NCBI GenBank assembly: GCA_946629975.1
Contig: CAMOYJ010000002.1
Location: 1 to 60,959, forward strand
Direction of reading: 5' to 3'
Length of the DNA stretch: 60,959 nucleotides
Origin: an uncultured Alphaproteobacteria bacterium
GTDB lineage: Bacteria > Pseudomonadota > Alphaproteobacteria > RF32 > CAG-239
Within the stretch, counting starts at the first letter, position 1, and each line of letters opens with the position of its first letter. This document shows, piece by piece, positions 1 through 9,506 of this stretch. A model generated the notes under the pieces. That model searched no databases, was not told where the DNA came from, and saw nothing but the letters and a program-made list of their open reading frames with translations. The position numbers and the translations under genes were made by a program.

Positions 1-857
1 GCTTTGCTGATTTTTTTAATGGAATTGAGCTCAATCTGTCGCACACGTTCTTTTGAAATGTTGTAAGTTTTGCTCAAATCATCAAGTGTTGCCGCACGCT
101 CGGCAAGTCGTCTTTTAAATAATATATCTTTTTCACGAGAGTTTAAAACGCTGAGTGCTTCATGAAAGAGTTTTCTGCGATATTTCATCGTTTCACTATG
201 GGCAAAACTTTCTTCCTGATTAGGTTTTGTATCAGATATAAAATCCATCCATTCCGCACCATTTTCAGAAGAATCACCTAAAAGAGTATTAAGAGAGCCG
301 TCGTGTGATTGCAGGCGCATATTCATATCTGTCACATCCTGTACACTCACATCGAGTGATTTTGCAATATGCTTTAAAACATCTTGCGACATTTCGCGGT
401 CGTCACTTAAATTAAGTTTATTTTTAATTTTGCGCAAATTAAAAAAAAGCTTTTTTTGTGCGGCGGTTGTGCCTAGTTTGACAAGAGACCATGAGTTCAA
501 AATATATTTTTGAACGGAAGCTTTAATCCACCAAAGCGCATAAGTTGAAAAACGAAAACCCTTTTCAGGCTCAAATTTTTCAATAGCATATAAGAGCCCG
601 ACATTTCCTTCGGCAATCATCTCTGAAATCGGCAGCCCATATCCCCTATATTTTGAAACAACCTTCACCACAAGCCTTAAATGTGATGTGATGAGCTTGT
701 AAGCAATGTTTTGATCGTGAGTTTTCTGATATAAAACGGCAAGTTGATATTCTTCGTCTTGCTCCAAAATCGGAAATTTGCGTATGCTTTGCAAATAGCG
801 TGTCAGATTGTATTCTGGCGAAAAGTCCGGTCCGATTAGTCCATTTAAATCGTCCAT
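1..857 (-). CDS. rpoH: RNA polymerase sigma-32 factor RpoH (3' end runs off window)
   Basis: Manually translated from ATG at 857 (SD AAGGAG upstream): MDDLNGLIGPDFSPEYNLTRYLQSIRKFPIL...EGNVGLLYAIEKFEPEKGFRFSTYALWWIKA...RpoH box QKKLFFNLR...ISKERVRQIE. Absent from the ORF track because the stop codon lies outside the window. Confidence 0.95.
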   Translation of the reverse strand, partial: MDDLNGLIGPDFSPEYNLTRYLQSIRKFPILEQDEEYQLAVLYQKTHDQNIAYKLITSHLRLVVKVVSKYRGYGLPISEMIAEGNVGLLYAIEKFEPEKGFRFSTYALWWIKASVQKYILNSWSLVKLGTTAAQKKLFFNLRKIKNKLNLSDDREMSQDVLKHIAKSLDVSVQDVTDMNMRLQSHDGSLNTLLGDSSENGAEWMDFISDTKPNQEESFAHSETMKYRRKLFHEALSVLNSREKDILFKRRLAERAATLDDLSKTYNISKERVRQIELNSIKKISK

Positions 858-952
858 AATTTTTCTCCTTAAAATTTGAGAACGCCTGCGACAAATTATA
901 AGGAAAAATTTTTTTATCCACAATATACCAAAAAGTTCTAATAAAGCAAAAA

Positions 953-1927
953 CTAATATACGCCGTTATGTAGATTTTGGTATAAGTCTTTCAAATCTTG
1001 AGGAAAAGGGCTTTCAAAAAAAAGTTTTTTGTTGCTTCGCGGGTGTATAAATCCAAGAGTCGCAGCGTGCAAAGCCTGCCTTTGAAAATGATTGATATAA
1101 GGCTTTAATTCAGCCGGCATTTTAAGGCTTGTTTTAGAAGGCGCAACATAAACCTTATCACCAATCAAATGATGTCCTTTTGACGATAAATGCACTCTGA
1201 TTTGATGTGTCCGCCCTGTTTCAAGCTTACATTTCACAAGTGAAGCAAAAGTGCCGAACGCTTCTTGAACCTCATAATGTGTTACAGCTTCTTTGCCGCC
1301 GGTTGCCAAGAGCGCCATTTTTTTGCGATCATATTTTGAGCGCCCGATGTTGCCTTCAATCACCCCTTTTAAAGGCGAGGGAACACCATAAACAAAGGCA
1401 AAATATGTTCGTTCAATGTTGTGCACTTCAAATTGTTTTGAAAGACCAATGTGTGCTACATCATTTTTTGCAACGACCAAAAGCCCGCTTGTTTCTTTGT
1501 CAATGCGATGCACAATGCCCGGACGTTTAACACCGCCGATGCCTGATAGGCTTGAGCCACAGTGATATAAAAGCGCGTTAACAAGCGTGCCGTCATAAAC
1601 ACCTGCCCCCGGATGCACAACCATGCCGGCCGGTTTGTTGACAACGAGCAAATCATCATCTTCATAAATAATGTCAAGTGGAATATTTTGCGGTTTTGGC
1701 TCAGCTTCTATAGGTTCGGGTATTTCAATTTCGAACTCATCTCCTGTTTTGACCTTATAGGCGCAATCATTAACTTCTTCACCATCTTGAAAAACATATC
1801 CGTTTTTTATCAGACGCTGAATTTCAGCTCTTGAAAATTCGGTTTGCAAACTTAAAAACTTGTCAAGTCTTTCATTTTTAAGCAAATTTTCGCCAGCGCT
1901 TAAAAAAATGTTATTTTCTTTTTCCAT
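953..1927 (-). CDS. rluD: 23S rRNA pseudouridine synthase RluD
   Basis: S4 domain (RLDKFL), NKPAGMVVHP, catalytic HRIDKETSG, ETGRTHQIRVH. rluD next to rpoH is common in alphaproteobacteria. Confidence 0.93.
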   Translation of the reverse strand: MEKENNIFLSAGENLLKNERLDKFLSLQTEFSRAEIQRLIKNGYVFQDGEEVNDCAYKVKTGDEFEIEIPEPIEAEPKPQNIPLDIIYEDDDLLVVNKPAGMVVHPGAGVYDGTLVNALLYHCGSSLSGIGGVKRPGIVHRIDKETSGLLVVAKNDVAHIGLSKQFEVHNIERTYFAFVYGVPSPLKGVIEGNIGRSKYDRKKMALLATGGKEAVTHYEVQEAFGTFASLVKCKLETGRTHQIRVHLSSKGHHLIGDKVYVAPSKTSLKMPAELKPYINHFQRQALHAATLGFIHPRSNKKLFFESPFPQDLKDLYQNLHNGVY

Positions 1928-2025
1928 CGTGCATAAAATTAAATATATTTTTAAGAGTTTATATTAAAATATAATAAGTTGCGAAAAAAGCAAGTCTGTT
2001 TTTTTTAGAAAAAGGAGCATTTTGC

Positions 2026-2925
2026 ATGACACCTGCAGAAGATATCAATAAGAACATTATGGAACAGCTTGAAAATATTGATGATGATCCAAAAATTTCA
2101 TCTTCTGAAGATGAAGAAACGGATGATGAATTTGAAAAACTTTTAAACAGTTTTATTGCATCAGAAAACAGCGAAACAGCAGAAGTCGGTGAGCCTCAAA
2201 AACTTTCGGATACGGTTTCTCGGGCAGAACCGAAGGTTGAATACGGCAATGATGAAACAGAGTTGGCACAAGCTTACCAAAATTTTATTGATGCGCTTGT
2301 TGCAATTTCTGACCAACGTCAGCTTCCGATGCCCACTTTGGATTTTAAGCCAGAATCTTTAAATCCGAACTACAAGCCAAGTACGGGACGCAAAATTGTG
2401 AGCGATACACTTGCTTGTTGGGATTTGATGTTTGCGGCCTTTCCTGAAAAACTTTCAACCCTCAATCCGAATTCAACAGATGAGCAGTTTTTAAATTTTG
2501 CAGAAGGTTTGTCAGACCAAAACCTACAACTTGCCATTATTTCGTATGTCGAAATTTTAATAGATATTGAAAACTGCGAAATTTCATATGAAGAAAGACG
2601 TTTAAAAGCGCAACGTCGCCGAATTGAAAAAGAGCTTTATGAAGAATATCAAGCACGAAAAGAGCGCAAACAACGTTTTATTGATGCTGTGCGTTCACGT
2701 CATTTTCCGATAGATGCAGAACGTCTGATTAACAACTATTTCAAAACAGCCTCAAAAGATGCTCCTGCCGCTTATGAAGTTTTAACAACGAATCCGGCAA
2801 TGTATGCACCGATAGAAAATGACAAAATTAAGCCGCGCCTTTTTGGGCTGCTTAAAGTTACCCCGCAGGACGGTATCCGTGAAAACCATAAAATAGGGGC
2901 GTTTTTAAAGAAATTGAGAGCATAG
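2026..2925 (+). CDS. hypothetical protein, acidic N-terminus and central coiled coil
   Basis: 299-aa ORF with SD AAGGAG upstream; no family recognised. Confidence 0.8.
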   Translation: MTPAEDINKNIMEQLENIDDDPKISSSEDEETDDEFEKLLNSFIASENSETAEVGEPQKLSDTVSRAEPKVEYGNDETELAQAYQNFIDALVAISDQRQLPMPTLDFKPESLNPNYKPSTGRKIVSDTLACWDLMFAAFPEKLSTLNPNSTDEQFLNFAEGLSDQNLQLAIISYVEILIDIENCEISYEERRLKAQRRRIEKELYEEYQARKERKQRFIDAVRSRHFPIDAERLINNYFKTASKDAPAAYEVLTTNPAMYAPIENDKIKPRLFGLLKVTPQDGIRENHKIGAFLKKLRA

Positions 2926-2944
2926 AAAAAAATAAAAAAAAGAA

Positions 2945-2973
2945 TAGACAAAAACAAAAAAATATGTTAAACT
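2945..2973 (+). promoter_or_regulatory. putative sigma70 promoter for the 3008-10268 cluster
   Basis: TAGACA-17 nt-TAAACT upstream of the ATG at 3008. Confidence 0.4.
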
Positions 2974-3007
2974 AAAACAGTTTTTCAAAAAATATTGGAG
3001 AAGCAAT

Positions 3008-5320
3008 ATGGCAGAAGAATTAGAAAATGGAAAAGAGCAAAACAAAGATGCTGTGCAAAATGTTGCAGCGCAGCCTGCAGATCAAAATGTTGAACAGCCT
3101 CAAACCGATAAAGTTCAGCTCCGTGCAGATGAAGTGTTTGCTCTGCTTTCAAAGCCTGATTTATCAATCGAAGAAAAGGAAAAAGTTTCAGCGCTCGTCA
3201 AAGAAGCTCCTGAAATATTGCTTCAAAAAGAATTTACAGAAAAATTGAATATGCCGAATTTGATGAAAGAATATCAGGCAGGTGCTGATATTAACGATTT
3301 GGTTTCTCGTAGTGCAAAAGCAAGCAAAGATATCAAACAGGTGCTTGACAACTTAAAAGAGATTGAAATAAAAGGAAAAACAGGTGCCGCATATCTGCTG
3401 GATAATGCATATCTGCCAAATGGCGAACTTGTCGGTACACAACTTGTGAAAAATATTCACTTTATGGGAACGGCAAAAAAAGATAAAGATCATCAATTTT
3501 ATCCGGATGCCTCACAAAATGAAGCGACAAGAAATGCGATGAATGTGCATCTCGGGCAGATTTTGCAATTTTATAAAACCCTTTATGAAAATCCGGATGG
3601 ATACTGCGCAAACCCGCAGCGCCGCAACATTTCCGGCCAAAAAGTTGGCGGATTGATGGAAATGTGCCAAAAAATTGAAAAAGGAGAGGGTGTTGGAACC
3701 AAGAAAATTGCTCTTCAAGATCAAAAATTAGAAGATCTTGAAAAACGCACATTTATGAAACAGCCAGAGCCGGAATATGTTGAGCAGAAACGAGGCGAGA
3801 TGACAGTAGCCCAACTCAAAGAAGGTGCATATCGCGGCACATTAACGGTTGCTCAAAAAGAGATACTTAACAAAATAGAGGAAGAAGAAAAGAAAAAAGA
3901 AGCCGTCATGCAAAACAGAGACGGCAACAAACATGGCAAGTCTGAGCATCAAAAAGGCGAGCCTTTCCAGGAAGGTGATGTTGTCAAATATATGTATGAA
4001 AAATGGTTTTTGGCTGGTATGAGCTGGCTGTTTGACAAGGCAGAAGAAGGTCTTGAAATAATGCTTGATAAGCTGATTGATCATCGCCGTGAATCCAAAC
4101 TCAGGAGCGAGGAACAGGCGCGTCAGGCAAAAGATGCAAGGCAAAAAGCATTGCTCGAAAAAGTAGCTTTCTTTGATGGTCAAGTCATCAAAAGACAAGA
4201 AGCGTTACAAAGTCAAACAAAGGCTTTTGAAAACAGATGGTTTGCTCACGCAGCCGAACTGAAAGATTATTTTGAAAATCCGACATCTGAAAAAGAGGTT
4301 GCCATCAAAGCAAAATATCCAAATCCTGAGTTTGTTGATGGCTTAAAAGCTGATTATAAAAAGGATCCAAAAAAAGTTGAGGAATTTTTAGAAAAATTTC
4401 CGAAAAAGATTAAAGAAGTTGTAAGTTTGCCGGAGCATATAAAACAGCTTGCAGCAACACAGGTTGCAGTCGAAATGATGGATGAAGTGATACACTCAAC
4501 CGGCGCGTGGTTTGAAAAAGGCACAAAAGACTTCAAAAAAGATGCTGATTTGATGGCAGAATATGATACACGCGTCAAAGAACGTAAAGCTCAGATTTTT
4601 GAGGCTGTTTCACTCATCTCTGAAGATTCTCGTCTACGTGCCGAAACAAATTGGCATACTTTGGAAACAGAAGAGCAAAAAGAAAAATTTGCTCGAAAAG
4701 AAGTTTCGGATGTTTATGATGAAATCATCAAACAAACATCAGATGAAAAGCAAAAAGCGGCTCTCAAAGAAGATAAAAAACATTTTGAAGATCTCTATTT
4801 TGGCAAAACAGATGAAGGAAAAGCTCTGTCTAAAGAAGCCCGTGAGGAAATGTTGTTTGAAAGCATTTCGAGAGTGAGAGTCCAACAATTCATGTTTGAG
4901 CAAGCAGGGTTAACCTCGCGTGCGCTCGAAATACAAACTGCAGAGCGCAACGAAGGTCATTATCAAGCCATGGGTCATAAAATAAATCAAGAGCCGAAGG
5001 CGCTGTTGGAAGAAGCAAAAAAATCAAGAGAAACATCTATCAGAGAGGCTTTAAGAGATCAAGAAATTTTCATAGAAGAAGACTTCAAAGGCAAAGTCGA
5101 TAAAAAAAGAACGCTTTTGGAAGAAGCAGCAGTAGCCAATCAACCGATTATTTTTGAGGCAATGAAGGACGAAATGGTGGCAAAAGAAGCTTCTATTTTA
5201 GAGCGGAGAGAAAAGGCGACGGAGCGCAAAAAATACTTTAAAGAATGTAAAAGAAGGTTGCAAGAAAGATCAACTCAAGATGCTCGTTCGGCACCTCTGC
5301 GTTATGGTGGAAGGGTTTAG
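3008..5320 (+). CDS. large charged coiled-coil hypothetical protein (candidate T4SS substrate)
   Basis: 770-aa E/K-rich helical ORF, SD GGAG, Arg-rich C-terminus. Confidence 0.8.
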   Translation: MAEELENGKEQNKDAVQNVAAQPADQNVEQPQTDKVQLRADEVFALLSKPDLSIEEKEKVSALVKEAPEILLQKEFTEKLNMPNLMKEYQAGADINDLVSRSAKASKDIKQVLDNLKEIEIKGKTGAAYLLDNAYLPNGELVGTQLVKNIHFMGTAKKDKDHQFYPDASQNEATRNAMNVHLGQILQFYKTLYENPDGYCANPQRRNISGQKVGGLMEMCQKIEKGEGVGTKKIALQDQKLEDLEKRTFMKQPEPEYVEQKRGEMTVAQLKEGAYRGTLTVAQKEILNKIEEEEKKKEAVMQNRDGNKHGKSEHQKGEPFQEGDVVKYMYEKWFLAGMSWLFDKAEEGLEIMLDKLIDHRRESKLRSEEQARQAKDARQKALLEKVAFFDGQVIKRQEALQSQTKAFENRWFAHAAELKDYFENPTSEKEVAIKAKYPNPEFVDGLKADYKKDPKKVEEFLEKFPKKIKEVVSLPEHIKQLAATQVAVEMMDEVIHSTGAWFEKGTKDFKKDADLMAEYDTRVKERKAQIFEAVSLISEDSRLRAETNWHTLETEEQKEKFARKEVSDVYDEIIKQTSDEKQKAALKEDKKHFEDLYFGKTDEGKALSKEAREEMLFESISRVRVQQFMFEQAGLTSRALEIQTAERNEGHYQAMGHKINQEPKALLEEAKKSRETSIREALRDQEIFIEEDFKGKVDKKRTLLEEAAVANQPIIFEAMKDEMVAKEASILERREKATERKKYFKECKRRLQERSTQDARSAPLRYGGRV

Positions 5321-5328
5321 TTATTTCC

Positions 5329-5823
5329 GTGTTTAAAAAGCTCTTAAAATTTATCAAATTTATTTTCATCGGGCTCGTTTGGTCTGCCTTTTGGCTTGCT
5401 TTGATGCAAAGGGTTATGATTTTCATTTGGAATTTTAACTTTTTTTCAAAAAATCAGTGGCGCATGGTGGCTTCATTTTGGAATGCGAACGGCACGATTA
5501 AAGGCATGTCGGACTATATGCTTTTTATCACATTGTTGTTGGTTGTCGTTGTTTGGTTTTTTGGCTTCCGATATTTTTATAAAGTAGGCTATGGCAGGCT
5601 TTTGCTCAAACCGTTTGAATATTTTTCTGGCAAACAAATTGAAAAATACAGCAAAGAAGGCAAGCATGTCGTGATTAAAAACTTGGTCGTTGGCGAAAAA
5701 ATAACATTAGATGAATTGATTGATGAAAAAATCAAAGCTGAAGATAAAAACAAACGAATAAAAGAGTCAGAATCTTTGAGGCAAAATATCTCACAAAAAA
5801 TAATTGAGCGTAAAGGACAATAA
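5329..5823 (+). CDS. membrane protein with Trp-rich two-TM N-terminal domain
   Basis: GTG start, two hydrophobic segments, charged tail; N-terminus resembles that of ORF 5879. Confidence 0.75.
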   Translation: MFKKLLKFIKFIFIGLVWSAFWLALMQRVMIFIWNFNFFSKNQWRMVASFWNANGTIKGMSDYMLFITLLLVVVVWFFGFRYFYKVGYGRLLLKPFEYFSGKQIEKYSKEGKHVVIKNLVVGEKITLDELIDEKIKAEDKNKRIKESESLRQNISQKIIERKGQ

Positions 5824-5878
5824 AAGATTGTTATTAAATAAAAAACATAATATCCTTGAAAAAAAATAGGAGAAAGCG

Positions 5879-7279
5879 TTGAAACCTTTACTCGTTTTAG
5901 CAAGGATAACATTTGTCGGATGCCTTTGGAGTATCATCTTCATTGAAGGCATACGTGTTATTGTGCTTGAAAACTGGCGCTTCGATATTTTTTGGCCGGC
6001 ACACTGGGCTTATGCATGGAGCCTTTGGCAATCCGGTTGGGTGATTGACACACCAAAAGAGTGGGCATTTATTTTGATTTTGCTTGCTTTTATTCCTTTA
6101 TGGCTCACAGGCTGGATTGCATTGAGCTTAGTACCGTGGGAAAACTTTGTCCTTAAAATTGTTTCTTGGCCCTTAAAATTTATCAAAGGCTCAGTTGAGC
6201 CACTGGCTCAAGCTGTTGGAAACAGCACACCTGTTGTGACAAAGAAAAAGTCTTATAAAGAGGTTCGCCCAGCAGGCAAACGTGTGCCGATATATGATTA
6301 TAACACAGCGCCTTCCGCTCCGATTTCAACGCCCGAAGCCACTGTTTCTGTTCCGCAAGCCTCAACATATCCTTCAAACCCCGTCAAAGAAAGGGCTGTC
6401 TCCACTCGTGAAACATTGAATCACACCATTTTTGATTTGGATGATGAGGATGATGATTTTGATTTGGACATAGATTCATTTGATAAATCAGATATTTTTA
6501 AGATTGATTCCAACAAGAAAAAGCCGACAAACAAATTTGATGAAGATGTTGAAGAACCGCGCCGTGCTGTTTCAACGCGTTCGCGCAAACCTTCTAAATT
6601 TAATTTAGAGGATGAAGAGGACGATGACGACATTGAAACGTATGTTCCTGTTTCTTCATCTCGAAGAAGAACGGATAGTCGCCGCCAAATTGTTGACGAA
6701 TCCACATCAAGAAGAGAAAATCGCCCAAAATCTGAAACACAAGGAAAAGACCAAAAATCAGAACGAAATGTGAAACAGGGAGGCGGTGCAATAGGCGACA
6801 TCTTAGAAGAAAAAGGCTATGATGTTTTGCGCAACATTCAATTAAAACGTACATTGGTTGATTATATTGCCGTTTCATCAGATAAAGTTTTGGTTTGTAT
6901 TGTTGATAAAGAACCAGGCGATTGGCTTGCAGATGAAGAGCGATTTAATGATGAAGAACCATTGTGGTTTTCTGAAAATTCACACAGAATATCCCCTGTT
7001 CGCAAAGCAGATATGGTGCGCGAACGCATTGAAAAAGAGCTTGAAGATTCTGATCTGGATTTGGAAGTTAAACCGTATGTTATTATCGTATCGGGCAATA
7101 TTATTAACGCAGAAGATATGACAGACATTTGGTCAGATATGAATGTTTCAGTCGTGCGTTTTGCAAAAGGTTCACCAATTGATTTAATCCCGTTTTCAAA
7201 AGCTGTTGAACGTTCGGATGAAAGATTATCAGGGGCAGATTTATCAGAATTTAAAAAATTAATTAAGAAATTAGCGTAG
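5879..7279 (+). CDS. membrane-anchored protein with acidic linker and C-terminal NERD-like (PD-(D/E)XK-fold) domain
   Basis: TTG start after AGGAGA. N-terminal TM region, then a D/E/R/S-rich linker. The C-terminal GYDVLRNI..VDYIAVSSDKVLVCIVDK..GDW..W..SPV fits the NERD pattern by eye. Confidence 0.7.
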   Translation: MKPLLVLARITFVGCLWSIIFIEGIRVIVLENWRFDIFWPAHWAYAWSLWQSGWVIDTPKEWAFILILLAFIPLWLTGWIALSLVPWENFVLKIVSWPLKFIKGSVEPLAQAVGNSTPVVTKKKSYKEVRPAGKRVPIYDYNTAPSAPISTPEATVSVPQASTYPSNPVKERAVSTRETLNHTIFDLDDEDDDFDLDIDSFDKSDIFKIDSNKKKPTNKFDEDVEEPRRAVSTRSRKPSKFNLEDEEDDDDIETYVPVSSSRRRTDSRRQIVDESTSRRENRPKSETQGKDQKSERNVKQGGGAIGDILEEKGYDVLRNIQLKRTLVDYIAVSSDKVLVCIVDKEPGDWLADEERFNDEEPLWFSENSHRISPVRKADMVRERIEKELEDSDLDLEVKPYVIIVSGNIINAEDMTDIWSDMNVSVVRFAKGSPIDLIPFSKAVERSDERLSGADLSEFKKLIKKLA

Positions 7280-7290
7280 AGGAAGGTTTG

Positions 7291-9504
7291 ATGAAACAAA
7301 GAGGCGTTGAGTGGGAAGAATACGATAAGGCCGTGCGTTGGATGGCTATGACGATGATTATCACCATCACGGTCACAGCGTTTTTAACAATTTTTTCTTT
7401 ACCTCTTTCTTTTCTGTTGGAACACGGCATTTCGCGCGAAAATATGCAAAGCGTGAAGATGTTTGTTCGCGAAGTTTTCAATCGTCCATCGTTTTTGTTT
7501 AACCAATATTCAAACTGGGCGCGCAAATTGTCTGCCGCACGCGAATTTTCAATCAGTAGGTGGATTCCTATTTTGCCGCTTATTTCATTGCCTTTCGGGC
7601 TGATTGTTGGTGGCATTTCTTGCCCATATCGTTTTCAATCAAATGTGCATGGTTCAGCACGTATTGCCACCTTGCGTGATGTTGAAAATATGCCGCTTTT
7701 GGGTTTTGATGGCTTCTGTCAGGTGGTTGGCAAATTCAAAGGACGTCTCCTGCTTTTGAAAGAAACTTTATCGACCCTTTGTTGTGCGCCTCCGGGAACA
7801 GGTAAAACGGCAGGTGTCGTTATTCCTACAATTTTTAATTCACCAAAACTGAGTTTGATTATCAATGACCCGAAACCTGAATTGTGCTACAACACATCTG
7901 GTGCAAGAGCTAAAGTTGGTCCGGTGTTCATCATTAACTGGGGTGCCGAAGACAAACCTTCGGAAGGTATTTATTATCCTTCGTGGAATCCGTTGTCTCC
8001 GAATGCCTTACCTGAGATGGGGCCTGATCGCGATATGTATGTTGACTCCATTTGCAATATTTTGGTTGAAGACCCCAAAGGCGGCGCAGATCCTCACTGG
8101 TCTCAAACAGGTCGCGCAGCCTTAAATGGTTTTATCCACTTTATCGCTTCAAAATGCGAGCGTGCTCGTGCAAATGATTATTTTATCGGCCGCATTTATG
8201 AAGGTAAATTGGATGATGAAGACAAGCGCGTTTTGGAAAGCTATTATCAAGATATGCGTGATCCAATGGTTCCGCAAGCGATTGCAAATTTGAAAAGCAA
8301 CAGCATCACAATTGATAACTATTTGCCGATTGGCACATGGAATTTGTTGCCGGAAAAATGGATTGGGCGTGAATCATGTATTGCAATGATTTTGGAGTGG
8401 CTCACTGAAGCTCAAATCAAACAAGCGCAAGATATCAAGCGCCGTTTGGCAGAAGGCGATCAAATGGCCGCGATGGCTGATCCGATGCATGATTTGCTTG
8501 ATGAAGCCGTTGAAGAGGCCCGTAAATACGGCTATTCTCAACGTTGCTACACAGAGCTCAGCTCCTTGTCTGCCATGCCTGATAAAGAACGAGGTTCTGT
8601 GATTTCAACAGCCTTTGCAGGTATTAACATTTTCAAAAACTCGGCTGTTGTGGCAAGAACAAGCTTTTCTGATATACATTTTAAAGATTTGCGCGGCATG
8701 AAAGATCCGGTAACAGGCGTTTTCAAACCGATTTCCGTTTATCTTTCCATCAACCAAACAGATGCAAGAGCTTTAGGTATGATAAGCTCTGTGTTTATCG
8801 AATTGATGAGTTCATACCTCATTTCAAACAAACCGAACGAGGTCAACAAAACAGATGGCAAAATGGGGCCGTTCGGCTGCTTGTTTGTTTTGGACGAATT
8901 TCCGCAAATGCCGAAATTAAAAGCCGTGATTGACGGGCCGGCAGTCGGTCGTGGTCAAAAGGTGTCATATCTTTTGATCGGACAAGATTTAGGCCAAATT
9001 TCAGGCAAATATGGTAAAGATGATTTGGAAACGGTGATTTCAACAACGGCTTGTAAGGTCATTTTGTCGCAAAACAACGAGGTGACGGCGCAACGTTTTT
9101 CTAAAATGATAGGCAACAAAACCGTCCAAACAACATCTTTCTCGCGTAATGAAGGTCAAATGGGCAAAAACTACAATCCGTTTGCTAAAAATGTGAGCTA
9201 CCAACTACAAGGTATTTCGGTGATTTCAACGACCGAACTTTTGAGTTTGCCGATGCTAAAACAAGTGGTATTAATGCAAAGCCACATTGATCGTCCGATT
9301 ATGGCAGATTCACCGAGATGGTATCTTGATCCGAAAATGCGTAAGTTAGCGGCATTAAAGCCGGCGCCTAATGTTCCGGATTGGATTGTTGCGCAACGTG
9401 AAGATATCAATGATGATATGCTCTCAAAACTCGGCATAGACTATGATCCGAATGCGCCGGAAGATAACTTTGAAGAAGATGAACCCGTAGTGGTTAGAGA
9501 ATAG
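7291..9504 (+). CDS. virD4: type IV secretion coupling protein, VirD4/TraG family
   Basis: Two N-terminal TMs, HGSAR, Walker A APPGTGKT, DPKPEL, WNPL, DPHW, Walker B LDEFPQM, Q..GQI..YG motif, acidic tail. Confidence 0.9.
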   Translation: MKQRGVEWEEYDKAVRWMAMTMIITITVTAFLTIFSLPLSFLLEHGISRENMQSVKMFVREVFNRPSFLFNQYSNWARKLSAAREFSISRWIPILPLISLPFGLIVGGISCPYRFQSNVHGSARIATLRDVENMPLLGFDGFCQVVGKFKGRLLLLKETLSTLCCAPPGTGKTAGVVIPTIFNSPKLSLIINDPKPELCYNTSGARAKVGPVFIINWGAEDKPSEGIYYPSWNPLSPNALPEMGPDRDMYVDSICNILVEDPKGGADPHWSQTGRAALNGFIHFIASKCERARANDYFIGRIYEGKLDDEDKRVLESYYQDMRDPMVPQAIANLKSNSITIDNYLPIGTWNLLPEKWIGRESCIAMILEWLTEAQIKQAQDIKRRLAEGDQMAAMADPMHDLLDEAVEEARKYGYSQRCYTELSSLSAMPDKERGSVISTAFAGINIFKNSAVVARTSFSDIHFKDLRGMKDPVTGVFKPISVYLSINQTDARALGMISSVFIELMSSYLISNKPNEVNKTDGKMGPFGCLFVLDEFPQMPKLKAVIDGPAVGRGQKVSYLLIGQDLGQISGKYGKDDLETVISTTACKVILSQNNEVTAQRFSKMIGNKTVQTTSFSRNEGQMGKNYNPFAKNVSYQLQGISVISTTELLSLPMLKQVVLMQSHIDRPIMADSPRWYLDPKMRKLAALKPAPNVPDWIVAQREDINDDMLSKLGIDYDPNAPEDNFEEDEPVVVRE

Positions 9505-9506
9505 AT

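Noticed and set aside
646-921. 91-aa ORF in the track
   Set aside because: Out-of-frame shadow of rpoH, which reads uninterrupted from 857 to the window edge, so there is no frameshift or pseudogene.
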